From Acidothermaceae bacterium B102 (GTDB lineage Bacteria; Actinomycetota; Actinomycetes; JAWWOL01), in assembly GCA_033097465.1 (NCBI GenBank), contig AP028633.1:4142139-4206138 (forward strand): 64,000 bases of DNA, read 5' to 3'. A model generated the notes under the pieces. The model did not search any database. It was not told the origin of the DNA and saw only the letters and a list, made by a program, of their open reading frames with translations. How positions within the stretch are numbered: position 1 is the first letter of the stretch; each line of letters begins with the position of its first letter. The position numbers and the translations under genes were made by a program. This document shows, piece after piece, positions 38,831 through 49,478 of the stretch.

Positions 38831-39507
38831 CGGTGCTTGAGGGCAAGGGCCTCCGGTACGAGCGCGCCGGGCGGGTGATCTTCCACGACGTCGACCTGCG
38901 GGTCGGGCCAGGGGAGCGGCTCGCCGTCCTCGGTCCGTCGGGGTCGGGCAAGACCAGCCTGCTCGCCGTGCTGGGCGGCCTGGCCCGGCAGGACGGCGGT
39001 GAGGTGCTCCTCGACGGGATCGCCGCCGGACCGGCGCCGCGCAAGGGACTCGCCATCGTGCTGCAGGGCTACGGCCTGGTGTCGCTGCTGACCGCCGCCG
39101 AGAACATTGAGGTCGTCCTGCGGGCGATCGGGCTCTCGGCGAGGGACGCGGGGGTCGACGCCCAGGACGCGCTCGAGCTGGTCGGGCTCGGCAAGCACGG
39201 CGACCACCTGGTGCAGGAGCTGTCGGGGGGACAGCAGCAGCGGGTCGCCGTCGCCCGGGCCCTCGCGATGCGTCCCGCCGTCCTCATCGCGGACGAGCCG
39301 ACCGCCGAGCAGGACCAGGCCACCCGGGCGCTCGTGCTCGACCGGTTGCTGGCGGTGGCCGACTCGGGGGCCGCGCTGATCCTCGCCACCCATGACCCGG
39401 AGGTGGCCGAGCGCTGCACGTCGTTCGTCACTCTGGGAGGGTCAGCGTCCGCGGCCGCCGGACCCACCGCACCCGCTGGACCCTCCATCGGCGCTCCACC
39501 GGAGTGA
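38827..39507 (+). CDS. ABC transporter ATP-binding protein (partner 2)
   Basis: GPSGSGKTSLL, LSGGQQQRVAVA. Its start overlaps the stop of the previous ATPase. Confidence 0.9.
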   Translation: MTVLEGKGLRYERAGRVIFHDVDLRVGPGERLAVLGPSGSGKTSLLAVLGGLARQDGGEVLLDGIAAGPAPRKGLAIVLQGYGLVSLLTAAENIEVVLRAIGLSARDAGVDAQDALELVGLGKHGDHLVQELSGGQQQRVAVARALAMRPAVLIADEPTAEQDQATRALVLDRLLAVADSGAALILATHDPEVAERCTSFVTLGGSASAAAGPTAPAGPSIGAPPE

Positions 39508-40135
39508 CCTCGCGCCGCAGGTCCCTGCCCGCCTGGGGGTAGCGGCGAGCGGCGTCGGCGAGCAGCTCACGGCGGTGTTCGGCGGCCAGTGCCTGCGCCA
39601 TCGCGTCCGGGATGATGGTCATGGGGTCCTCCTCGAAGTGCTGTCTCTTCGAGGGTGTGACTAAGGCCCCAGGCGCGGCATGGGGCGAAAGCAGTGTCTT
39701 TCCGCGGCTCAGCCGAGCAGGCCCTCAGGGTCGCGCTGTACGGCGCGGCGGCAGTCGCCGCAGACCATCGTCGAGGCCGCGTCGGCGATGGACCCGAACG
39801 TCACCTGGGACAGCGGTCGACGCCCTGAGTCCAGCGTCAGGCCACAGGCGGTCGCCAGCGAGCCGCGCCTTGCCGCGTGCATCGGCCCGTACTCCGCGGG
39901 GCGGCCGACAGCAGCGGGCCCGTGACGCTCCACGACGGCCGCCCAGAGGACGGTGCTGGTGGTCCTGATCGCCAACCTGGTCATCCGTGACCTGCCTCTG
40001 TCGTTGCCGGGTTTCCTGCCCACGTCTCCTATCGCCATCGGGCGACCGTCGCCGTGGGCCCCGGTGCAGCAACCTGGCTGGGCCACCCGGCGCAACCCCG
40101 GCCGAGCGGCGGGACCGCCTCGTAGACTGGAGGCA

Positions 40136-41734
<1,599 letters not shown>

Positions 41735-41890
41735 CCGGACCGGCTGCCGTGATCCAATCGCCCGAGAGGGTTTCGACTCCCGGCAACTTGGAAGATCTTC
41801 TGGGTAGCCAACTCCCCACCGACCAGGTCGTCCCGACACCGGACCTGGCGGTCGCCGCGGGGGTCAGGCTCCCTGGATGGAGGCATTCGC

Positions 41891-42106
41891 GTGGCGGACC
41901 TGAAGAAGGGCAGCAGGGTCACCGGTTCGGAGCGGAACAGTTTGGCCGCCGACCTTCGACACAAGTACGACTCGGGCTCGAGCATCCGGTCGTTGGCAGA
42001 GAGCACCGGTCGCAGCTACGGGTTCGTGCACCGCATCCTCACCGAGTCCGGTGCGGCACTGCGCGGGCGCGGGGGCGCAACTCGCGGCAAGGCCAAGTCG
42101 GCCTGA
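41891..42106 (+). CDS. small helix-turn-helix protein (Rv1473A-like)
   Basis: 71 aa. The helix-turn-helix is at SIRSLAESTGRSYGFVHRIL. It has a conserved position next to the ABC-F gene. Confidence 0.6.
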   Translation: MADLKKGSRVTGSERNSLAADLRHKYDSGSSIRSLAESTGRSYGFVHRILTESGAALRGRGGATRGKAKSA

Positions 42107-42149
42107 CCGACCGCGCCGTGGGTGCTGCCGGGCGCCCACGGTGAGCAGC

Positions 42150-42794
42150 ATGGAGCTCGATTTTGCCGGGGATGAGGACGCCTGCGTAAGGGTCAACCTG
42201 AGGTTGAGGCCGCAGGCGGTGGCGGTGTGGGGTCACCTGAGCGAGTTGCAGCGGGCTCTTCCCGGCACCGTCCGGATCGTCGTCCTCCGAGGCCTGACCG
42301 ACCTGGCCCCGTGTCCCGACGTGGTGGCCTTCCAGCAGGCCTGCGACTGGACCGACAGACCGGCCTTCATCTCCATCGCCGTGCTCGACTCCCACACCGT
42401 GGGTCCGGCCTTCGACCTGGCCATGGGTTGTGATCTGCGCATCGTCACCGCCGAGGCCCTTCTAGCCGCCCCCACCCTCGTGTCAACCGGGCGGCTGGCG
42501 GGCGTGCTCGGCTACGCGGCGGCCCTCGAACTGATCGGTACGGGTCGACCGATGCTGGGCAACGAAGCCTTTCAACGGGGCGTGGCCCAACGGCAGGCGC
42601 CCGCCGTCGCCCTCGAGGAGGAACTCGAGCGCCTGGTGGCGCAGCTGCTCGCGCCCAACCGAGATGACGTCCGCGAGCTCAAGGCGCTGCTCCTCGGTGC
42701 GGGTAGCCGGTCGCCGGCTGAGCAGCGGGTGGCTGAGCGCGAGGCCTTGCTGCGGCGCGAAAGTTCGCAAGACGCCGGAGCGCCGGGGGACTAA
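42150..42794 (+). CDS. enoyl-CoA hydratase/isomerase (crotonase) family protein, probably degenerate
   Basis: 214 aa from the internal ATG. Crotonase-like (VVLRG..., FDLAMGCDLRIV). In the position equivalent to echA12. Confidence 0.6.
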   Translation: MELDFAGDEDACVRVNLRLRPQAVAVWGHLSELQRALPGTVRIVVLRGLTDLAPCPDVVAFQQACDWTDRPAFISIAVLDSHTVGPAFDLAMGCDLRIVTAEALLAAPTLVSTGRLAGVLGYAAALELIGTGRPMLGNEAFQRGVAQRQAPAVALEEELERLVAQLLAPNRDDVRELKALLLGAGSRSPAEQRVAEREALLRRESSQDAGAPGD

Positions 42795-42853
42795 CACGGT
42801 TTCGTGTCCGCTACTGTCTGCCGCAACGACACGGTCTGCAGGGAGCGCAGTTC

Positions 42854-45800
42854 ATGCTGGAGCGGCACAAGCGACTGGCCGGCGGCCTGCTCATGGGGTT
42901 CTTCGCCGCGGCAGTGACGCTCGCCTCGTCGGGCACCGCTCTGGCGGACGGGAGCGGGACGCTCTACCCGACCAACGCCACGTGCACCACCAACGCGGCC
43001 GGCGGCTCCTGCCGCGCCAACATTGAGTGGCGCGCCAACTCCTACGGCCCACCGGCGGGCGGGGCCATCCTGCGGCGCACGTTGTTCTCACTGTTCGCCC
43101 ACGCCGGCGAGGTCATCGAGACCGGTTCGTCAGCGGTCGGCGTCAGCGCGGGCGACGTGTTGATCTTCAACCCGGGAGTGGTCACCAACACGCAGGCCGT
43201 CACCCTGCCCACGATCACTCCCGGCACCAACGGCTTCACCTGCTCGTCCCAGCGGACCGCGTCCGGAGTCGCTGCCCAGGGTCAGATCACCACGCGTGCA
43301 CAGGAGCTGGCCGGTCCGCAGGCGGTGACCGGCGGCGGCAACCCCACCGGCTACGTTCCGTGCAGCTACATCGCGCCGGCGACCGGCATCTACAACATTG
43401 CGATGTACGGGCCCGCGGGCGACGGCCAGACCACGGACGGCACCGTCGTCCCGAACATCAACGCTGTCGACACCTCGGCGGCGCAGGGCACGAGCGTCTC
43501 CGCGTGGGACATCACCGTCCGCGCTGACGCGACCTCGACCACCGACATCACCGGACGCCTCTTCACCTACGCTCTGGCTGCCTTCACCGCGGGCAACGGC
43601 CTGCCGCTCAACCAGCGGGTCTACGTCACGACGACCGACGGCTTCCGCTACCAGACCGACACCAACGGCCTCGACCCCAACGGCTTCCTGATGTACGGCA
43701 ACCAGCGCGGCTTCCTCGACGCCGACGGCGTGACCCCGCTCGACCACGACGCGCTGGCGACGACCAACTCCGGTCAGCTCACGGCGCTTGCCGGCGGCGT
43801 CACGTTCGCCGCCCCGCAGTACCCGCTGTCGTTCACCCCGCTGTCCAACGAGACCATCGGGGCGCTCGGCATTCCGCTGACCGCCATCGCGCCCGTCATG
43901 TCCAACTTCGCCTTCTCCGGATCGATCGCCAGCAACGTCTCGTTGGTCGGGGCCGGTGGCACGTTCACCTACACCGAGAACGTGCCGGCGCAGTACGAGT
44001 TCGTCATCTCCCACGACGGCACCAACTTCGACCCCGGCAACCCGTTGAACCGGGTCCTCCGCGGTGACAAGGCGGCCGGCACCAACACGGTCGTGTGGGA
44101 CGGCAAGGACAACGCGGGCAACAACTTCCCGGTCGGCACCAACTACCCGGTACGGGCCCGCTTGCACAACGGCGAGTACCACTTCCCGATGGTCGACGCG
44201 GAGAACTCCACCAAGGGTGGTCCGAGCTTCACCCTGCTCAACCCTCCCGGCGGCCAGTGCCCGTTCGGCAACGCCGCCTGCACGACGGCGTTCTACGACG
44301 ACCGCGGCTATCACACGCTCGGATCGGGCGGCAGCGACGTGGGCACCCCGGGTTCGGCCCTGTGCGGCATCAACCCGCCGGCGCCCGACCACAGTGACCC
44401 GGACACCGGTTACGTCTCCACGTCCACCCAGCGGGCCTTCGGCCAGGACGCCGGCGGCAACACAAACGTCGTGTGCACCGGCTCGTTCGGCGACGTCAAG
44501 GGCCTCGACACCTGGGTCTTCTACCCGAGCACCACGCTGCTCGCGCCGCTCAGCATCGTGACCACTGCCGGCGCCGCGCCGGTCGCCAACCCTGACCACG
44601 GCACGACCCCGGTCAACACGCCGCTCGTGGTGACGCCGACAGCCGGCGTGCTGGGCAACGACTCCGGCACGGCCATCACGGTCACCGCCCACACCGACCC
44701 GGCCCACGGCACGGTCACGATCGGCACCGACGGCTCGTACACCTACACGCCGTCGCCGGGCTACACCGGCCCGGACAGCTATACCTACACGATCACCGAC
44801 AACGCGGGTCGTACGGCGACCACGACCGTATCGATCACGGTGACGCCGGTGGCCAAGCCCGACTCGGCGACCACCCCCGAGGGCGTGCCGGTCACGTTGA
44901 CCTCGGTGACCAACGACCTCGGCCGCGGCCTCACCATCACGGCGGTCAACCAGCCTCCGGCCGGCACCGGCACGACGACTATCGTCGGCGGGGCGATCGT
45001 TTACACCCCACCGCCCGGCTACGTCGGTACGACCACCTACACCTACACGGTCACCGACGCGGCGGGGCAGACCGCCACCGCCCTCGACACGGTCACCGTC
45101 GTGCCCGGGCCCAAGGCCAAGGACGACAAGGGATCGGGCCACGCCGGCCAAACCGTGGTCCTGCACCCGTTGAGCAACGACCACCCCAGCGACACGTCGA
45201 CGTTCGACACCACCACGCTGAAGCTGACCGACCCCACCACCGGCAAGCCGGTCACCAAGGTGACGCTGCCGGGCAAGGGCACCTTCACCCTGACCAAGGG
45301 CGGGGTCGTCACTTTCGTGCCCGTGTACGGATACACCGGCACCACGCCGGCGATCGGCTACACCGTCGGCGACACCCTGGGTGGCACGACCGGCGCCACA
45401 ATCGTGGTCACCATCGGCCCGGGCCCGAGCGCCGTACCGGATCACGGACATGGCCACGCCGGCGAGACGGTCACCCTCACCCCGCAGTCCAACGACACGC
45501 CCACTGCCGGGGGAGCCACGCTGATCCCGTCGTCGCTGCGCCTGCTCGACCCGGTGACAGGCAAGCCCACGACCAAGGTCACCGTCGCCGACGAGGGCAC
45601 CTTCACCGTCCACTCCGACGGCACCGTGACCTTCGTCCCGGTCAAGGGATTCAGCGGTACGACCCGCAAGCTGCCGTACTCCGAGCTCGACACGTACGGG
45701 CAGCAGGCCGACTCCTACCTCACGATCACGATCGACCCGGGCCCGACCGCCATCGACGACCACGCTACGACGCCCAAGAACACGCCGGTCACGATCGATC

Positions 45801-46171
45801 CGCCGGCCAACGACACCCCGAGTAAGGGTGGAGCGACGTTCGTCACCGGCAGCGTCAGGCTGACAGACCCGGCGACAGGCTCGTCGGCGACCACCGTCAC
45901 CGTGCCGGGCCAGGGCACCTACACCGTGGACAACGGCAAGGTCGTGTTCACCCCCGCCCCGGACTTCACCGGCACCACCACCCCGCTCGACTACTCAGTG
46001 ACCGACACCTACGGCCAGACCGCGACCGCCAAGATCACGGTCGCCGTCGACGGGACCGCGTTGCCGCACACCGGGCTGGAGATCGGCTCGCTGGTGACGA
46101 GTGGCCTCGGCCTGATCGGGGTCGGTGCGCTGTTCCTGCTGCTCGTCCGACGCCGGCGACCACTGCGCTAG
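42854..46171 (+). CDS. cell-wall-anchored repeat adhesin (signal peptide, about 550-aa N-terminal domain, five tandem Ig-like repeats of about 95 aa, LPHTG sorting signal)
   Basis: The C-terminus is ALPHTGLEIGSLVTSGLGLIGVGALFLLLVRRRRPLR. Each repeat begins (A/P).PD.(G/A)(T/H) and ends T..VT(V/I).(V/P)G. Confidence 0.8.
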   Translation: MLERHKRLAGGLLMGFFAAAVTLASSGTALADGSGTLYPTNATCTTNAAGGSCRANIEWRANSYGPPAGGAILRRTLFSLFAHAGEVIETGSSAVGVSAGDVLIFNPGVVTNTQAVTLPTITPGTNGFTCSSQRTASGVAAQGQITTRAQELAGPQAVTGGGNPTGYVPCSYIAPATGIYNIAMYGPAGDGQTTDGTVVPNINAVDTSAAQGTSVSAWDITVRADATSTTDITGRLFTYALAAFTAGNGLPLNQRVYVTTTDGFRYQTDTNGLDPNGFLMYGNQRGFLDADGVTPLDHDALATTNSGQLTALAGGVTFAAPQYPLSFTPLSNETIGALGIPLTAIAPVMSNFAFSGSIASNVSLVGAGGTFTYTENVPAQYEFVISHDGTNFDPGNPLNRVLRGDKAAGTNTVVWDGKDNAGNNFPVGTNYPVRARLHNGEYHFPMVDAENSTKGGPSFTLLNPPGGQCPFGNAACTTAFYDDRGYHTLGSGGSDVGTPGSALCGINPPAPDHSDPDTGYVSTSTQRAFGQDAGGNTNVVCTGSFGDVKGLDTWVFYPSTTLLAPLSIVTTAGAAPVANPDHGTTPVNTPLVVTPTAGVLGNDSGTAITVTAHTDPAHGTVTIGTDGSYTYTPSPGYTGPDSYTYTITDNAGRTATTTVSITVTPVAKPDSATTPEGVPVTLTSVTNDLGRGLTITAVNQPPAGTGTTTIVGGAIVYTPPPGYVGTTTYTYTVTDAAGQTATALDTVTVVPGPKAKDDKGSGHAGQTVVLHPLSNDHPSDTSTFDTTTLKLTDPTTGKPVTKVTLPGKGTFTLTKGGVVTFVPVYGYTGTTPAIGYTVGDTLGGTTGATIVVTIGPGPSAVPDHGHGHAGETVTLTPQSNDTPTAGGATLIPSSLRLLDPVTGKPTTKVTVADEGTFTVHSDGTVTFVPVKGFSGTTRKLPYSELDTYGQQADSYLTITIDPGPTAIDDHATTPKNTPVTIDPPANDTPSKGGATFVTGSVRLTDPATGSSATTVTVPGQGTYTVDNGKVVFTPAPDFTGTTTPLDYSVTDTYGQTATAKITVAVDGTALPHTGLEIGSLVTSGLGLIGVGALFLLLVRRRRPLR

Positions 46172-46188
46172 CCTTCCCTGGGAAGGCC
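46170..46188 (+). terminator. short hairpin directly after the adhesin stop
   Basis: AGCCTTCC-ctg-GGAAGGCT. Confidence 0.4.
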
Positions 46189-46235
46189 TACCCCTGCCCG
46201 GGCGTTGTCACGGCCCGAGACGAGAAGAGGGGTGA

Positions 46236-48125
46236 GTGATGGACGCCAACACGTTGGCCGCGATGCGTTCGTTCCGTCGTGACCCCTCGGTGGGCAAGCG
46301 CAAGCTCGCCAGCGGGACGGTCCGCCGGGTGTGGGGTTTTGCCCGCCCGTACCGCAGACACCTGACGTTCTTCCTGGTCACGGTGGTCCTCGACGCGTTC
46401 GTCAGCGTCGCGACCCCGCTGCTTTTCCGTTCGCTCATCGACACCGCGTTGCCGCAGAAGCGCCTCGGGCTGGTCTACACGATCGCCCTGGTGGTTGCCG
46501 GGCTGTCGATCTTCGACGCAGGGTTGTCGCTGGGCCAGCGGTGGTACTCCGCCCGCATCGGCGAGGGTCTGATCTACGACATGCGTACCAAGGTCTACGA
46601 CCACGTACAGCGCATGCCGATCGCTTTCTTCACCCGCACCCAGACCGGCGCCCTGATCAGCCGGCTCAACAACGACGTGCTCGGCGCCCAGCAGGCGTTC
46701 ACCTCGACGCTGTCCGGTGTCGTGAGCAACGTGATCCTGCTGGTGACGACGGTCGTCGTGATGCTCAACCTGTCCTGGCAGATCACCTTGGTCTCTCTGG
46801 TGATGCTGCCGATCTTCGTCTTCCCGGCCAAGCGGGTCGGCGCCAAGCTGCAGGCCATCACCCGTGAGTCGTACGGACTGAACGCGTCGATGAACTCCAC
46901 GATGACCGAGCGCTTCAACGTGTCAGGGGCCCTGCTGGTCAAGCTCTTCGGCCGCCCCGACGAGGAGGCGCTGTCGTTCTCGAGCCGGGCCGGGCGGGTG
47001 CGCGACATCGGCATCATCTCGGCGATGTACGGCCGCACGTTCTTCACCGCGCTCTCGCTGGTTGCCGCCCTCGCAACGGCTGTGGTCTACGGCCTCGGCG
47101 GCTGGCTGAACATCAAGCACGGCCTGTCCATCGGCACCATCGTCGCGCTTGCCGCCCTGCTGGGCCGGCTGTACGGGCCACTCACCGCGCTGTCCAACGT
47201 CCGGGTCGACGTGATGACCGCGCTGGTCAGCTTCGAGCGGGTCTTCGAGATCCTCGACCTGCCGCCGATGATCGCCGAGAAGCCCGACGCAGCAACGGTT
47301 CCGGCCGAGGCCCGTACCGTCGAGTTCCGCAACGTGCGGTTCCGCTACCCGACGGCGGCCGAGGTGTCGCTCGCGTCGCTCGAGGACGTCGCCGTGCTCG
47401 ACAACGCGCCGTCGTACGACGTCCTTCATGACGTGTCGTTCGTCGCCCAGCCCGGCCAGCTGGTCGCCCTCGTCGGACCCTCGGGCGCCGGCAAGACCAC
47501 GATCTCCCAGCTGCCCACCCGCATGTACGACGTGCAGGACGGCGCCGTGCTGGTGGGCGGGGTCGACGTCCGCGACGCGACGCTGCAGTCGTTGCGCGAT
47601 GCCATCGGCGTGGTCACGCAGGACGCCCATCTGTTCCACGAGACCATCCGCTCCAACCTGCTCTATGCCCGCCCAGGCGCCACCGACGAGCAGCTGTTGG
47701 ACGCGCTGCGGGCGGCGCAGATCATCGAGCTCATCGAGTCGTTGCCCGACGGCCTCGACACCGTGGTGGGCGACCGCGGCTACCGGCTGTCCGGTGGCGA
47801 GAAGCAGCGCATCGCCATCGCGCGGCTGCTGCTCAAGGCCCCCGGCATCGTGATCCTGGACGAGGCCACGGCCCACCTCGACAGCGAGTCCGAGGCCGCT
47901 GTCCAGCGCGCGCTCGCCACGGCCCTGGCCGGCCGTACCTCGATCGTCATCGCCCACCGGCTCTCGACCGTCCGCGAGGCCGACCAGATCCTGGTGATCG
48001 ACGACGGTCGCATCGTCGAGCGCGGCACCCACGAGGAGCTGCTGGCCGCGGCGGGTCTCTACACCGAGCTCTACCGCACGCAGTTCGAGCGGCAGGCGAC
48101 AGCAGAGATCGTCGAGCTGGCCTAG
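46236..48125 (+). CDS. ABC exporter with fused transmembrane and ATPase domains (MsbA-like)
   Basis: 6-TM domain, then Walker A GPSGAGKTT and LSGGEKQRIAIAR. Confidence 0.9.
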   Translation: MMDANTLAAMRSFRRDPSVGKRKLASGTVRRVWGFARPYRRHLTFFLVTVVLDAFVSVATPLLFRSLIDTALPQKRLGLVYTIALVVAGLSIFDAGLSLGQRWYSARIGEGLIYDMRTKVYDHVQRMPIAFFTRTQTGALISRLNNDVLGAQQAFTSTLSGVVSNVILLVTTVVVMLNLSWQITLVSLVMLPIFVFPAKRVGAKLQAITRESYGLNASMNSTMTERFNVSGALLVKLFGRPDEEALSFSSRAGRVRDIGIISAMYGRTFFTALSLVAALATAVVYGLGGWLNIKHGLSIGTIVALAALLGRLYGPLTALSNVRVDVMTALVSFERVFEILDLPPMIAEKPDAATVPAEARTVEFRNVRFRYPTAAEVSLASLEDVAVLDNAPSYDVLHDVSFVAQPGQLVALVGPSGAGKTTISQLPTRMYDVQDGAVLVGGVDVRDATLQSLRDAIGVVTQDAHLFHETIRSNLLYARPGATDEQLLDALRAAQIIELIESLPDGLDTVVGDRGYRLSGGEKQRIAIARLLLKAPGIVILDEATAHLDSESEAAVQRALATALAGRTSIVIAHRLSTVREADQILVIDDGRIVERGTHEELLAAAGLYTELYRTQFERQATAEIVELA

Positions 48126-48637
48126 GGCGCGAGCCGGGCCACGGCCGCGGGGTCGAAGGGCGCTCCGGGGTCGATGCGTTCAAGGATGCTGCGACCGATC
48201 TGCTCGAGGCTGGCCACCTGCTCCTCGGTAAGACCGTCGAAGACCAGGTGGCGCACGTAGTTGACGTGTCCCGGTGCGGTCGCCACGACCTTGGCGAGGC
48301 CCTCGTCGGTCAGGACGGCGTTGATGGATCGGCCGTCAGCAGGGCCTTGTTCCCGTCGGACGTACCCCTGCCGTTCGAGCCGGGCAACGACGTGGGAGAG
48401 CCGCGAGAGCGAGCCGTTGCTGATCACGGCGAGCTGGCTCATCCGCAGGGTCTGCGTGGGGGTCTCGGAGAGCATGGCGAGCACGAGGTATTCGAAGTTG
48501 CTCAGCCCTGCAACGCGCTGCATCTGGCTGTCGAGTGCGGAAGGCAACCGGAAGAGGATGCCGGTGAGGGCGAGCCAGGCCGCACGCTCGGCAGGGTCGA
48601 GCCAGTGCGGGTCTTCAGCCTCCGGACACGTGGTCAT
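48122..48637 (-). CDS. MarR family transcriptional regulator
   Basis: Winged helix (LRMSQLAVISNGSLSRLSHVVARLERQGYV). Convergent with the exporter and overlapping it by 4 nt. Confidence 0.85.
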   Translation of the reverse strand: MTTCPEAEDPHWLDPAERAAWLALTGILFRLPSALDSQMQRVAGLSNFEYLVLAMLSETPTQTLRMSQLAVISNGSLSRLSHVVARLERQGYVRREQGPADGRSINAVLTDEGLAKVVATAPGHVNYVRHLVFDGLTEEQVASLEQIGRSILERIDPGAPFDPAAVARLAP

Positions 48638-48854
48638 GCATCCAGTCTAGGCCGGATCCTTGACGCTTCAACTCTTAGCGGGCGTAGCCTTCGTCGCGTC
48701 GCCGGTGCCGTCGTGCCGCGCCTTGGCGCCCTCGACGTCGCCGTAGGCGAGCAGCTCCATCGTCTCGTCGCCGAGGGTGACGTCGGTGGAGGGTCCCAAC
48801 CTGGGGGCAGGAGCTTGGTGATCGACCGCGTCGTCGTCACGGGGTGAGGTGGTC

Positions 48855-49478
48855 ATGAGCGCACCGTACTCCGGCTGGCTGAAGAACTCTTCAGGCAGAC
48901 AGCACCAGATCGAGGTCAATTTCGTCTGGTCAGGCATGCGGGACCATGGCGGGGTGAGGCGGCGCGGCGGCATCGATGCCCGAGCCGACTTCGACGCGTT
49001 CGTGCTCGGCAGCTCTGGCCGGCTGCTGCGGGTCGCCCAGCTGCTCACGGGTGACCACGGCCGGGCCGAGGACCTCGTCCAGGATGCGTACGCGCGTGCC
49101 TTCCTGCGCTGGGACACGATCCGGGCCGATGACCCCTGGGCCTACGTGCGGCGGTCGGTGGTCAACGGCTACACCGACTGGTGGCGGCGCAGACCCTGGC
49201 GCGAGCAGCCGACCGAGCGGCTCCCCGAGCTCACCGGGTTGCCCGACCCGGCAGCGGGCTTTGCGCAGCGCGACGCCCTGATGCTCGCCCTCGCGCAGCT
49301 GACACGCCGCGAGCGGACAGTCGTGGTCCTGCGCTTCTACCAGGACTTGACCGAGGCGCAGATCGCCGACGCGTTGGGCGTCGCGCCCGGCACCATCAAG
49401 AGCACCAACCGTCGAGCCATGCGCAAGCTGCGCACCTCCGCCCACCTGCAGACCGAGCCCCTGAAGGGACAACCGTGA
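48855..49478 (+). CDS. ECF (group IV) RNA polymerase sigma factor
   Basis: Region 2 (AEDLVQDAYARAFLRW) and region 4 (LTEAQIADALGVAPGTIKSTNRRAMRKL). The ATG at 48855 has GGTGAGG upstream. An alternative ATG lies at 48936. Confidence 0.85.
   Translation: MSAPYSGWLKNSSGRQHQIEVNFVWSGMRDHGGVRRRGGIDARADFDAFVLGSSGRLLRVAQLLTGDHGRAEDLVQDAYARAFLRWDTIRADDPWAYVRRSVVNGYTDWWRRRPWREQPTERLPELTGLPDPAAGFAQRDALMLALAQLTRRERTVVVLRFYQDLTEAQIADALGVAPGTIKSTNRRAMRKLRTSAHLQTEPLKGQP

Noticed and set aside
43130-45763. 877-aa minus-strand ORF.
   Set aside because: It is antisense to the repeat adhesin. Thr-rich sense codons (ACC/ACG) give Gly/Val/Arg-rich antisense.
48879-48894. Palindrome CTGAAGA-ac-TCTTCAG, a candidate operator upstream of the sigma gene.
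   Set aside because: With the start codon I prefer (48855) it lies inside the coding sequence.
48668-49117. 149-aa minus-strand ORF between the MarR and ECF sigma genes.
   Set aside because: It overlaps the sigma gene 5' region in antisense. No ribosome-binding site. Only the distal 60 codons lie in intergenic DNA.
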